From Thermoanaerobaculia bacterium (lineage in GTDB: Bacteria > Acidobacteriota > Thermoanaerobaculia > Multivoradales > JAHEKO01), in the NCBI GenBank assembly GCA_049664225.1, contig JBATEX010000057.1:15369-79368 (forward strand): 64,000 nucleotides of DNA, in the 5' to 3' direction. How positions within the stretch are numbered: position 1 is the first letter of the stretch; every line of letters starts with the position of its first letter. The position numbers and the translations under genes were made by a program. This document shows, piece by piece, positions 26,081 through 35,010 of this stretch. Under the pieces are notes generated by a model. That model saw only the letters and a program-made list of their open reading frames with translations. It searched no databases and had not been told where the DNA came from.

Positions 26081-26627
26081 TCAGCCCGACTCTTGAAAAA
26101 GGGCCTTCACCGTCATCGTCAAAACCAGCACCAGACCCACCAGTCAGCACACCGCGGAAGGCATGGCCAGCCAGGTTAGCGACTCCTTCGCCACGTCTGT
26201 GCCACCGAGAGCTGGTGCCCGAAAGGCCGCCAGCATCCAGAAGGTGGAATAGCCCAGCGCACCGATTCCCAGCAGGTAGGCTGTCAGGCGCTTCAATCCG
26301 GCACCACTCGTCATGGCCGGCCGACAGGAGAATCATCGCCAGCGCCGACGTTCCCAGGCCATTGGCATGCAAGTGCGATCGTTTCAAGTAGCTCCACGAT
26401 CTGCCCGCGAGTGCGGCTGCGGCGGCCTGTGGGTCGGCCTCGGACGCCAAGGTTTGCACGGCCGTCTCTTCGAAACCTTCTTTCAGTGCCTCCTCGAACA
26501 ACCCGAAGATCGCCCCCAGACTGAATCCCAGAAGCAGAGTCAAGAGTGACAACAGAGCTCCGATCCTCATGCCGCGCATCGCCGTCAGCCAGGACTGCCC
26601 TCCACTGCTGGATCGAAACGTGGACAT
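26081..26627 (-). pseudogene. disrupted multi-TM membrane protein gene (frameshift near 26315 plus in-frame TGA at 26144-26146), or assembly errors
   Basis: ORF track 26046..26627. Only the first roughly 105 aa look real (MRIGALLSLLTLLLGFSLGAIFGLF ... GTSALAMILLSAG). A second frame then reads MTSGAGLKRLTAYLLGIGALGYSTFWMLAAFRAPALGGTDVAKESLTWLAMPSAVC-TGA-LVGLVLVLTMTVKALFQESG-stop. My codon counts give GC3 of about 73-80% in that frame against about 45-59% in the track frame. Confidence 0.45.
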
Positions 26628-26633
26628 AGCTTG

Positions 26634-27317
26634 CTACCCTTCCGTTTCCGACTTGTCGTTGCGGCCTTGCCGATCCGAGTCCAGGCGAAAACCGACGTTC
26701 GAGGATTCGGCGGCAACGACGCGAAAGTCTCGAGCCAACCTGTTCAGCTCCTCGGGTCGGAAGGCATCGTAGTACCCACGGACGACCCCCGTGCTGTCTA
26801 CCAGAACGAAGCGTGTGCTGTGCAGGATGGGCTCGTCCGGACTGGCTGCGCCTGGTGGAGGTTCGTCGTCCAGACCGAGCTTGAAGCCTTCGGTTACCAG
26901 ACGCCGGATGGTTTCCTTCTCACCGGTCAAGAACAGCCACTCGGGGTCCGTAATGCCCCAGGAGTCGGCGTAGAGCTGCAGCACCTGTGGCGAGTCGTAT
27001 TCCGGATCGACGCTGAATGAGACTCTCTGGAGACCACCGGGCTCCATCGCTTCGAGTCCCAGCATGCGCTCGGTCATGCGCGGGCAGCTCAACGCACAGC
27101 GAGTGAAGATGAAATCCGCCACCCAGGGAGAGCCGAGCAGCTCTGTGCTGTCGACTTGTCGCCCATCTCGGTTGACCAATAGAAATTCCGGCGCCATGCC
27201 GATCTCTGGAGGCGGCTCACGAGGCTCCTCGGCGCGCCAGCTGGGCGCCATGAGAGCGGTCACGAGAACCGCTAGGATGACTGCTATTAGAAAGCCCCAG
27301 AGTAGAGCCCGCCTCAT
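26634..27317 (-). CDS. SCO1/SenC family copper chaperone/thiol-disulfide protein
   Basis: Internal ATG of track ORF 26634..28166. TM anchor MRRALLWGFLIAVILAVLVTAL, CxxxC motif FTRCALSCP, and conserved His in EPILHSTRFVLVD. Confidence 0.85.
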   Translation of the reverse strand: MRRALLWGFLIAVILAVLVTALMAPSWRAEEPREPPPEIGMAPEFLLVNRDGRQVDSTELLGSPWVADFIFTRCALSCPRMTERMLGLEAMEPGGLQRVSFSVDPEYDSPQVLQLYADSWGITDPEWLFLTGEKETIRRLVTEGFKLGLDDEPPPGAASPDEPILHSTRFVLVDSTGVVRGYYDAFRPEELNRLARDFRVVAAESSNVGFRLDSDRQGRNDKSETEG

Positions 27318-27337
27318 GGACCTGTCCGTCTTCTGGC

Positions 27338-28120
27338 TCACGGCGATGCCGTCCTTCGCACCAGCCACACATCCACGGCCAACGCCGCTGCAGCCCAAAT
27401 CAGCATCACAGTCAGGGAAAGGCCCAAAGAGGGCAGGCTCTGGCCGGCCAGGGGCGTATCTCCGTACAGCACCCGGCGCAGAGCTGCAGTGCCGTAAGTC
27501 AGCGGGTTGAGCCTCATCACCGAGTCGAGCCAACCTGGCGCACCCGACAGAGGAAAGATCGCGCCCGAGAGAAACCACATGGGCATCAGAACCAGATTCA
27601 TGACCGCATGAAAACCCTGTGTGGAGTTCATCCGCCAGGCAAACGCGAAGCCAAAAGCAGTCAGGGCGACGGCCATCACCGCTACGACGACGGCGACCTC
27701 CAGGCCGGATCGCAAGGTCAGACGGATGCCGGCCACCGGCGCCAGCACCAGGAACAGCATACCCTGGATCCAGGCCAGGGTCGCGCCACCGAAGACCTTC
27801 CCGGCAACCAGAGCTGAACGTCGGACAGGCGCTACCAGAACTCCCTGGAGAAACCCCTCGTTCCTGTCGTCGATCACCGAGAACGTCGAGAAGATCGCGG
27901 CGAACAGCACCAGCATCACGATGGTTCCCGGAAAGAAGTACTCCAGGTAGTCCAGATCCTCCGGTCCTCCCGGCAGCCTGAACGAGCCGGACAGGCCGCT
28001 GCCGATGAGCGCCCAGAAGAGCAGCGGCATACCCACCGCGCCCAGAACCCGAGCCGGCTGACGGCGGAACCGCACGACTTCGCGATGCCAGAGAGTCGTC
28101 GCTGCCAACAGGTCGCTCAC
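27338..28120 (-). CDS. ABC-2 type transporter permease
   Basis: 260 aa with about 6 TM segments. Overlaps the ATPase gene by 4 nt. General ABC-2 (NodJ/NosY-like) architecture. Confidence 0.8.
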   Translation of the reverse strand: MSDLLAATTLWHREVVRFRRQPARVLGAVGMPLLFWALIGSGLSGSFRLPGGPEDLDYLEYFFPGTIVMLVLFAAIFSTFSVIDDRNEGFLQGVLVAPVRRSALVAGKVFGGATLAWIQGMLFLVLAPVAGIRLTLRSGLEVAVVVAVMAVALTAFGFAFAWRMNSTQGFHAVMNLVLMPMWFLSGAIFPLSGAPGWLDSVMRLNPLTYGTAALRRVLYGDTPLAGQSLPSLGLSLTVMLIWAAAALAVDVWLVRRTASP

Positions 28121-29076
28121 TCTGCTTCCTCCCAGAGACCTCGACCTGTACGGTGAAGAAAGACATCTTCCAGCGTGGGCTTCGACAGCCTCAGGGTTTC
28201 GATCCGATCAGGAAAGGACTCCACCAGCTGTGCAATGAAGCTGTGGGCGCGCTCGTCTTCGAGGCGCACCTGGGCTCCCTGCACAGTGGCGTCGAGGTCG
28301 AGCCGATCCTGCATCTCCTGGCAGAGAGCCTCAGGATCGTCAGTGGAGATCAAGACGACCTCACCACCGATCTCGCCCTTCAGGCTCTCCGGGGACCCTT
28401 CAATCACCAATCTCCCACGGTCGACGAGGGCCAGCCGATCACAGCGGTCGCCCTCCTCCATGAAGTGGGTAGTCAGCATGATGGTCACTTCGTGAGAAGA
28501 GCGTAGCTCCTCGAGAACCTCCCAGACATCCCGTCGGGCGCCTGGATCCAACCCAGTGCTCGGCTCGTCCAACAACAGAAGCCGGGGGCGGTGGAGCAGA
28601 GCTTTGGCAATCTCCACTCTGCGCCTGAGGCCCCCAGACAGCGTCTTGACCCGATCGTCCCGTCGGTCGTCGATCGAGAACCTCGCCAACAACACTGCAA
28701 TCCTGTTCTTCAGATCGGCGCCCCGGAGTCCATAGAGGTGCCCCTGGTGCATCAGGTTCTCGCCGACCGTCAGCTGCTCGTCGACGCTGGGTGACTGAAA
28801 CACCACCCCAAGCTGGAGGCGAACGAGCGCCGCCTCCACGACGATGTCCGCACCGAACACCGAGAGCTTCCCCTGATCTGGTTTCAGCAAGGTGGCGAGG
28901 ATGCGAAAGAGGGTGGTCTTGCCGCCTCCATTCGGTCCCAGGAAGCCGTAGATCTCACCGACTCGAACTTCGAAGGTGACACCATCCAGGGCCCGCCTCT
29001 GGCCGTAGGAGAACCTCAAATCCCGAGCCGTAACCGCTTGCACTCCGGCCGCCCCGGACCTGGGAGCTCGGCACAT
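28117..29076 (-). CDS. ABC transporter ATP-binding protein
   Basis: Walker A GPNGGGKTT, signature LSGGLRRR, Walker B LLLLDEP. Confidence 0.9.
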   Translation of the reverse strand: MCRAPRSGAAGVQAVTARDLRFSYGQRRALDGVTFEVRVGEIYGFLGPNGGGKTTLFRILATLLKPDQGKLSVFGADIVVEAALVRLQLGVVFQSPSVDEQLTVGENLMHQGHLYGLRGADLKNRIAVLLARFSIDDRRDDRVKTLSGGLRRRVEIAKALLHRPRLLLLDEPSTGLDPGARRDVWEVLEELRSSHEVTIMLTTHFMEEGDRCDRLALVDRGRLVIEGSPESLKGEIGGEVVLISTDDPEALCQEMQDRLDLDATVQGAQVRLEDERAHSFIAQLVESFPDRIETLRLSKPTLEDVFLHRTGRGLWEEAE

Positions 29077-29080
29077 GAGT

Positions 29081-29980
29081 TCAAGCGACCCGGTCGAGAA
29101 CCATGACCACCAGCACGGCAGGGAGATACAGCACCGATACCAACAGCACCCGTCTAGCCGCGTCGGTAGAGAACGACAGGGCGAACGACACGCAGACAGC
29201 GAGGAAGAAGCAACCGAGAGCCAGCGTGCCGAGAAAGTAGGTCGAACCAGTCAACCCCAGGACTGTCGGCATCAGGCTTACGGGGAGGAGGGCGGCGCCG
29301 TACAGCAACATCTGACGGGCTGTGCTGCGACCGTCCGGCTCCACGACCGGCAAGACGGGGATGCCGGCTCGCGAGTAGTCCTCTCGACACATCCAGGCGA
29401 TGGCCAGGAAATGGGGCAACTGCCACAGGAACAGAATGGCGAAGAGCACGACCCCACCCAACTCCAGGCGGTCGCTTACCGCCGTCCAGCCCATGAGTGG
29501 CGGTAGAGCGCCCGGGATCGCACCAACGACAGTCGCCAAGGAACTGATTCGCTTCATCGGGGTATAGACAAAGATGTAGCCGGCCAGAGCAATGGCCCCC
29601 AGCAAGGCGGTCAGGAGGTTGACCGCCAGGGTCAGCTCGAGCAGGCCTGCCACAGCCAGACCGACACCGAATAGCAGTGCTGTATCTGGGTGCATACGAC
29701 CGGCTGGCAGGGGTCGATCCGCCGTCCGCTCCATAAGGGCATCGAGGTCTCTTTCGAGCACATGGTTCAAGGCCGCTGACCCCGCCGCCACTAACCCGGT
29801 GCCAAACAGGGCATGGATCGCAAGGCCCCAGTCGACGCTGCCTCCCGAGCTGAGCAAGACCCCGATGAGCGCCGTCAGCACGACCATCAGGGTGATACGG
29901 GGCTTCGTGAGCTCGACGAGATCCGCCAGGCGCACACCTAGCGTCACCGGCTTGGACTCGATCGCAACAGGGCTGCTCAC
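29081..29980 (-). CDS. ctaB: protoheme IX farnesyltransferase (heme O synthase)
   Basis: 299 aa UbiA-fold protein with NHVLERDLDALMERTADRPLP and WQLPHFLAIAW. Confidence 0.9.
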   Translation of the reverse strand: MSSPVAIESKPVTLGVRLADLVELTKPRITLMVVLTALIGVLLSSGGSVDWGLAIHALFGTGLVAAGSAALNHVLERDLDALMERTADRPLPAGRMHPDTALLFGVGLAVAGLLELTLAVNLLTALLGAIALAGYIFVYTPMKRISSLATVVGAIPGALPPLMGWTAVSDRLELGGVVLFAILFLWQLPHFLAIAWMCREDYSRAGIPVLPVVEPDGRSTARQMLLYGAALLPVSLMPTVLGLTGSTYFLGTLALGCFFLAVCVSFALSFSTDAARRVLLVSVLYLPAVLVVMVLDRVA

Positions 29981-30972
29981 GATACGGCCTGCTCCGGACT
30001 GAGGATCCCGACGGCCTCGGTCTCAGCCTCGGTCCCCGCCTGTCGAGCTATCCAATCCAGGCGCCTCGTCATGAGAGTTACCACCAGGCTGAGAGCCAGC
30101 AGCAGGGCTCCTCCCCCCACGTGCAGGGTGTTGGGTAGGACCGCCTTGCCGGTCAGGACCACCAACCCCCCAAGGGTTCCCTGAACCAGGACCATGATCG
30201 CCAACAACCAAGCTGGAGTGACAGCGACTTTCTCTTGGCTCGCGAGCCGCAGCACTCGACCCAATGTCCAGAAGATCAGCGTCGCCGCGACCAGGGCACC
30301 CATCCGGTGGGCGAAGTGAATCCCGATGGCGAAGTCGATCCTGGGCGGAATGAGCCCACCGAAGGCGAGTGGAAAGTCGGGGATGGCAAGGCCGGCTCCT
30401 GTGTGGCGCATGACAGCGCCCAGCAGGATTTGCAGATAGATGACGACCGTCGTGGTGGTGGCCAGGGGAACGACCCTGCCGACCGGAGCGACCGGATTCC
30501 TGGCGCCCTCACCCGAGACCCACCGGCGAGAAGTGACCACGGCGAGCACCACCAACAGACAAAGGAACAGTTGAGCTAGACCGGCATGACTCACCGATAT
30601 GGCAGTCGGCAAAAAGAAAAGCACCGTAATGCCACCGAGCGCGGCCTGGGCCAAGACAGCCGCGAGTGCCGCCACTGCAACCCCCCTCACCCATTTCCGC
30701 GGCTCACGGCGAATGATCCAAGTCGCCAGCCACAGGGTCAACAGCAGCACCGTGCCGGCAATCAGGCGGTGCCCATGCTCCGCCCTGACGGTTTCGATTT
30801 CCCACCATCTCGGTGGATTCAGCATGCCGTAGGAGAGCGGCCAGTCGGGAACCGACAGACCGGCCTCGAGGCTCTTCACCAGGCCACCCGCCGTGATCAG
30901 CAGAATCACATACCCGGCCAGCAAGACGGCGAGCCGATGAGCTCCTCGCAGGAACGGTGTGTCGCTTGACAT
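29977..30972 (-). CDS. ctaA: heme A synthase (COX15/CtaA family)
   Basis: 331 aa with 8 TM segments. GGLVKSLEAGLSVPDWPLSYG and paired His residues (EHGHR, MRHTG, HFAHR). 4-nt overlap with ctaB. Confidence 0.85.
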   Translation of the reverse strand: MSSDTPFLRGAHRLAVLLAGYVILLITAGGLVKSLEAGLSVPDWPLSYGMLNPPRWWEIETVRAEHGHRLIAGTVLLLTLWLATWIIRREPRKWVRGVAVAALAAVLAQAALGGITVLFFLPTAISVSHAGLAQLFLCLLVVLAVVTSRRWVSGEGARNPVAPVGRVVPLATTTTVVIYLQILLGAVMRHTGAGLAIPDFPLAFGGLIPPRIDFAIGIHFAHRMGALVAATLIFWTLGRVLRLASQEKVAVTPAWLLAIMVLVQGTLGGLVVLTGKAVLPNTLHVGGGALLLALSLVVTLMTRRLDWIARQAGTEAETEAVGILSPEQAVS

Positions 30973-31085
30973 CGTCGGTCAATCTCCTCACGGAAAAGAG
31001 AATCGCCATCGAACCAGCGCCAGTCTATCGCGACCGTCGGTACCAGCGATCGAGGTCTCGCTCCCTGGCGGAGAAACGAAAAGGG

Positions 31086-31110
31086 GGGCGGAGCCTTCAT
31101 GGCTCCGCCC
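31086..31110 (-). terminator. rho-independent terminator after the cupredoxin gene
   Basis: GGGCGGAGCC-TTCAT-GGCTCCGCCC is a 10-bp perfect stem 24 nt past the stop. On the minus strand it is followed by CCCCTTTTCGTTTCTCC. Confidence 0.7.
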
Positions 31111-31133
31111 TGCGGGTAACTTCAGTGAACCGT

Positions 31134-31934
31134 TCAGCCCGCGGAGGCTGCAGCATCCGGCGAAAAGTCGAAACTCACCTGTGCTGGCTCACCGTCTACG
31201 ACGGTGACTTCAGCAGTTTGCGTCCCGAACTCCTCATGCCAGGCTTCGAGCACATAGCTTCCGGCAGGCAGATTCTCGATGCCGAAGCCGCCCTGCTCGT
31301 CGGACACCCCGAAGAACGGATGATCGAGAACCGCCATGTAGGAGCTCATCCATGGGTGCACATCACACTTGAACGGCACCATGACCTCGGCCTGATCGAA
31401 GGTGTGCTCCAGCTCCATGCCCTGGAAGGGTTGGCCCTGGTTGAACTCCTTGTTGGCGCTCGGTCTGGCGTGTACGTTGTGGAGCGTCGGGTCGCTGTTG
31501 CGGATGACCAGCTTCTGCCCCACCTGCACGCCTGAGATGTGTGGCTGGTACTGACAACCCATCTGGTCGAGGACGTGGGCGGTTGCGGGCACCGGGAAGC
31601 TCTTGCTCTCCAGGCCGGACTTCACATAGACGAAGACGTTGGCTAGATTCCCATTGTCGTCCGTCACGACCTTCTCGGTGTGGACCTCGCCGGGATGCAT
31701 CGATGCGCAGACGGGATCGGCATCCATGCCGATAGCGGCGTCCGGGTCACCATTGACGTACCTGACGCTGCCCACCACGGTCCCACCACCTGTCACCGCC
31801 GGGCCCGGTGCAGCGGCCGGCGCAGAATCGGCCTGTTGAGCGGGGGCGGCAGCCTTCTCTCCTCCACCACCACAGCCGATCGCCAACACAGCGGCAATCA
31901 GTGCAACTACCATGAGAAATGAGATCTTCTTCAT
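31134..31934 (-). CDS. lipoprotein with cupredoxin-like (type 1 copper) domain and C-terminal carboxypeptidase-regulatory-like beta domain
   Basis: Lipobox LAIGCGG. Candidate T1 Cu ligands in IRNSDPTLHNVH and FKCDVHPWM (H...C..H..M). The C-terminal GGFGIENLPAGSYVLEAW resembles CarboxypepD_reg domains. Confidence 0.65.
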   Translation of the reverse strand: MKKISFLMVVALIAAVLAIGCGGGGEKAAAPAQQADSAPAAAPGPAVTGGGTVVGSVRYVNGDPDAAIGMDADPVCASMHPGEVHTEKVVTDDNGNLANVFVYVKSGLESKSFPVPATAHVLDQMGCQYQPHISGVQVGQKLVIRNSDPTLHNVHARPSANKEFNQGQPFQGMELEHTFDQAEVMVPFKCDVHPWMSSYMAVLDHPFFGVSDEQGGFGIENLPAGSYVLEAWHEEFGTQTAEVTVVDGEPAQVSFDFSPDAAASAG

Positions 31935-32069
31935 ACGTTCGAGCCTCCTTTAAATCGATTTCAATGCTTCAAGCTGACGCTCCTTGTTTTCTGGCGCGAC
32001 AGCGGCGCGAGCTGCGGATTATGCCATGAGTCCAGAGCGCGGACTGCAATCTACCTGACGCCTCGCCGG

Positions 32070-35006
32070 CTATTGCTCCAAATTCCACCAGATGTGGTCC
32101 CGCAGGGCTTGGGTCACATAGTCGGCATCGCCCAGGTGCGACTTGAGCTCCTCGTCCGAGGAGAAGTGGCGCATCATGCGCTCCTTCTGCTGCTCGAACA
32201 TCGGCGTATCGATAGCCATTGCCAGGGGCGAGGTGTAGCCACCCTCTGGATTCGGCGGAAAGTTCGCCGGCATCTTCGTCCCGGGAATCCAACTCTGTGG
32301 ATCCAAGATCCAATGGGGCACCCAGTCGTGCCTCAGCCGCCGCTTTGCCAGCAGGAGAGAAGGCGCCAGGTCTCCGGCTCCCACGCCAGCACCGAGATCC
32401 TCCTGAGGACCGGCCGGGTGACACTTGGCACACTGGAACATGTTGAAAGCCACATCTCCGACTACCAGCTCGCGGGTCTCGGGCTGCGGAGGGTCCGACA
32501 GGAATGCCAGACGCTCTTCACGGGCCGCGAAATAGCTCACCAGGGCGTTGACCTCGTCGTCGCTGAAACCGAAGGTCGGCATTCGTACCTCGAGCCACGG
32601 ACGCAAGCGCACCGCACCGGGGTCGTGAAGATACTCGAACAGCCAGTCGCTCTTTACCCGAGCGCCCTGCGCCGCCAGGTTGGGAGGCAACATCCCCACA
32701 TCTTCGATGGCGGTCTTGATGGCATGTCCGTCACCTTCGATCAGATGACAACCCTGACAATTGAACCGGGTGATGAGCCTACGGCCTTCGACAAGCGAGA
32801 TACTGCGCGTTGTCTGCCCCGCGCGGCTGCTTGCCTCGACCGACTCCCTGGTAAAACCCAGCACCATGGTGAGGACGGCATCGGCCTCCCGCTCCGACAT
32901 GCCGAAATTGGGCATCTTGAGGAGCTCGTCATAGTGCTTGACAGCTTCCTTGCCCTCATCCCACGTCCTCGGATCCAGCAGCTTCTTCCGGATCCAGTCG
33001 TGCCTGGTATGGGGTACGTCGTGAACATGGCCGAAGTCGAACTGATGCAGTGGCTTGGAGCCCTCTTCCGTCAGCTCGACACCGATGGGCTTGGCGATTT
33101 CGAAGCCAGCGAGGTCGTGGCAACCCCAACAGCCGTATTTCTGGATCGTCTCGAAACCCAGATAGACGTCACGCTCGCCAGTGGTCATCGCTTGCAGTGT
33201 CGCCAGGCTCTGCTCGATGGTCTGATTGTTCCGCAGGTACTGCAAGACCATCTGGTCGCGAACCTGCTGGTCTGCCTCGGGAAGCTCGAGCTCCTCGAAT
33301 GCCGGATCTCGGCTGGACATCAGGTAGGCGGTGATATCGGCCGCCTCCTTGTCGGTCAAACGCAAAACCGGCATGCGGGTATCGGGAGCATACTGCCTGG
33401 GGTTCCTGATCCAGGAGTAGAGCCATCCAGGGGATACCTTGCTGCCGGTGCGGACGAGATTCGGTCCGTGGAGGCGATTGATCTGGGGGAAGAAATCATC
33501 GCGCCTTGCCTCGGCGTCCATGAGATGGCAACCGGTGCAGCCTACCGACTCGAAGAGAACTTGTCCCTGCCGCGGATCTCCCGGTGGCGGCGGTAGATAC
33601 TCCGGCGATTCCGACTTCTCCCACAGGTAGGCCACTACCGAAGCGATCTCTACTTTCTGTCGCTCCAGATTGAGCTCGGTGGTCGTGTTCTCCTGGAAAA
33701 AGAAGTGCGGCATCCAGGTTGTCGGCCGGAAATCGCGAGGTGCAGAGATCCACTCGAAGGCCCAGCCAGGGTTGGTCTTACCGGCCACTCTACTCAGATT
33801 CGGTCCTGGTCGGGGAAGGTCCTGAAATGCCGGGTAGTCGATCTTGTGGCAAACGAAGCAGCCCATCCTCATCGCCAGCTGACGCCCTGTATCTTGCACC
33901 TCGGCTCCCGGGGTCCACACCTCGGCCGAATGACAGGTGAAACAACCGGCTTCCGAGAATTCCGCCGGAAAGATAGGGGTCTCCAGATAGGGCTGCGGCT
34001 CCCAATCCCAGTTCTGCTGCCAGCTCGCCAGCTCCTCGTTGCTGGAGGGGCTGTGGCCGACGCGGGCGAAGTCTGTCGATCTGTCGAGACCACCATGACA
34101 GCCCGAGCAACCGAATCGGTTGTAGGGATGCGGTGAGCCCGCACCGACGAACAAATCCATCCTGGGATGAGACCGAAAGGGGTGCTCCCACTCTTCACCG
34201 TCGAACCCGATCCGGTTGGCTGCCACATGGCAGGTGACACAACGGTCCACACGCTCCACTTTGGTGAAGTTGATGTCGTGATAGAGCCCCGGCAGCATCA
34301 CCTGCTCGATCTTGAGGTCGGGGTTCATGAAGTCCAGCAGGGGAGCGTTGAGCAGGCGGTAGGACAGGGTCTTGTCGAGGTTCGCAGCTCGCTGTTCAAG
34401 AGTGTCGAAGCCCTGGCGAAGAGCGGCCAATCGCCTCTCCGCCTCTTCCAGGGCCGCCTCACGCTGGTCGAGCGAGCCGCGTGCTTGATCGCGTTGCTCG
34501 GTGAGCAATTCCAAGGCCTTGCGATCCTCGAGCCACTGTGCGTCGAGATCGTCCACCTTCTGGCGCGCCCTTTCTTTGGCAGCCAGGTCGCTTTCTTGTA
34601 CGGTCCGGTCGTACTTCCAGCGGGCTGCGTCCAGCAAGGACTTCGTGGTTCGCGAGGCCGAATCTGTGGCGTAGATCTTCTTCTCCACTTCATCCAGGGT
34701 GCTCTCCAACTCGCGGATCTCGGTGCGGCTGGCGTCCAGTCTCTCCTCTTCCTGGGAGATCTCCTGCTGGAGCTGAAGTAGTTCGTTCTCATCGACCTGC
34801 TGGCGTTCCACGTCAGCCTGCCGCAGCAGGGCCTGACGCTCGCGGTCTCGGAAATCACTCTGCAACCGCTTCCAGGGCTTGGAGTAGTCAGCCATCACCA
34901 TCCACCCAGTCACAGCGAGAAGCGCCAAAGCGCTGACGCCGAACCACAGGTTCAGACGGCTGAATTCGAAGTGCCGGTCAGGCTTCTTCTGTGGACGACC
35001 AGCCAT
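32070..35006 (-). CDS. membrane-anchored octaheme c-type cytochrome with N-terminal coiled coil
   Basis: 978 aa. One TM segment (LWFGVSALALLAVTGWMVM), then about 190 aa of heptad-like E/R/Q/L-rich sequence. Eight CxxCH motifs follow: CVTCH, CSGCH, CFTCH, CFVCH, CTGCH, CWGCH, CQGCH, CAKCH. Lies 4 nt downstream of the cytochrome b C-terminal subunit. Confidence 0.85.
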   Translation of the reverse strand: MAGRPQKKPDRHFEFSRLNLWFGVSALALLAVTGWMVMADYSKPWKRLQSDFRDRERQALLRQADVERQQVDENELLQLQQEISQEEERLDASRTEIRELESTLDEVEKKIYATDSASRTTKSLLDAARWKYDRTVQESDLAAKERARQKVDDLDAQWLEDRKALELLTEQRDQARGSLDQREAALEEAERRLAALRQGFDTLEQRAANLDKTLSYRLLNAPLLDFMNPDLKIEQVMLPGLYHDINFTKVERVDRCVTCHVAANRIGFDGEEWEHPFRSHPRMDLFVGAGSPHPYNRFGCSGCHGGLDRSTDFARVGHSPSSNEELASWQQNWDWEPQPYLETPIFPAEFSEAGCFTCHSAEVWTPGAEVQDTGRQLAMRMGCFVCHKIDYPAFQDLPRPGPNLSRVAGKTNPGWAFEWISAPRDFRPTTWMPHFFFQENTTTELNLERQKVEIASVVAYLWEKSESPEYLPPPPGDPRQGQVLFESVGCTGCHLMDAEARRDDFFPQINRLHGPNLVRTGSKVSPGWLYSWIRNPRQYAPDTRMPVLRLTDKEAADITAYLMSSRDPAFEELELPEADQQVRDQMVLQYLRNNQTIEQSLATLQAMTTGERDVYLGFETIQKYGCWGCHDLAGFEIAKPIGVELTEEGSKPLHQFDFGHVHDVPHTRHDWIRKKLLDPRTWDEGKEAVKHYDELLKMPNFGMSEREADAVLTMVLGFTRESVEASSRAGQTTRSISLVEGRRLITRFNCQGCHLIEGDGHAIKTAIEDVGMLPPNLAAQGARVKSDWLFEYLHDPGAVRLRPWLEVRMPTFGFSDDEVNALVSYFAAREERLAFLSDPPQPETRELVVGDVAFNMFQCAKCHPAGPQEDLGAGVGAGDLAPSLLLAKRRLRHDWVPHWILDPQSWIPGTKMPANFPPNPEGGYTSPLAMAIDTPMFEQQKERMMRHFSSDEELKSHLGDADYVTQALRDHIWWNLEQ

Positions 35007-35010
35007 AGCC

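Noticed and set aside
26144-26146. In-frame TGA as selenocysteine or a reassigned codon
   Set aside because: Many genes in the window terminate with TGA, so there is no reassignment. I see direct repeats rather than a SECIS-like hairpin just downstream. A Cys-Sec pair in a TM helix has no precedent I know of. A nonsense mutation or sequencing error is more likely.
26634-28166. 510-aa minus-strand ORF spanning the SCO and ABC-2 permease region
   Set aside because: Only its C-terminal 227 aa, from the ATG at 27317, look like a real SCO protein. The upstream part is an R/G/S-rich alternative frame of the genuine ABC-2 permease at 27338..28120.
32073-33596. 507-aa plus-strand ORF
   Set aside because: It is antisense to the octaheme cytochrome gene, which has eight CxxCH motifs. 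It has no motifs of its own, and its composition is typical of shadow frames.
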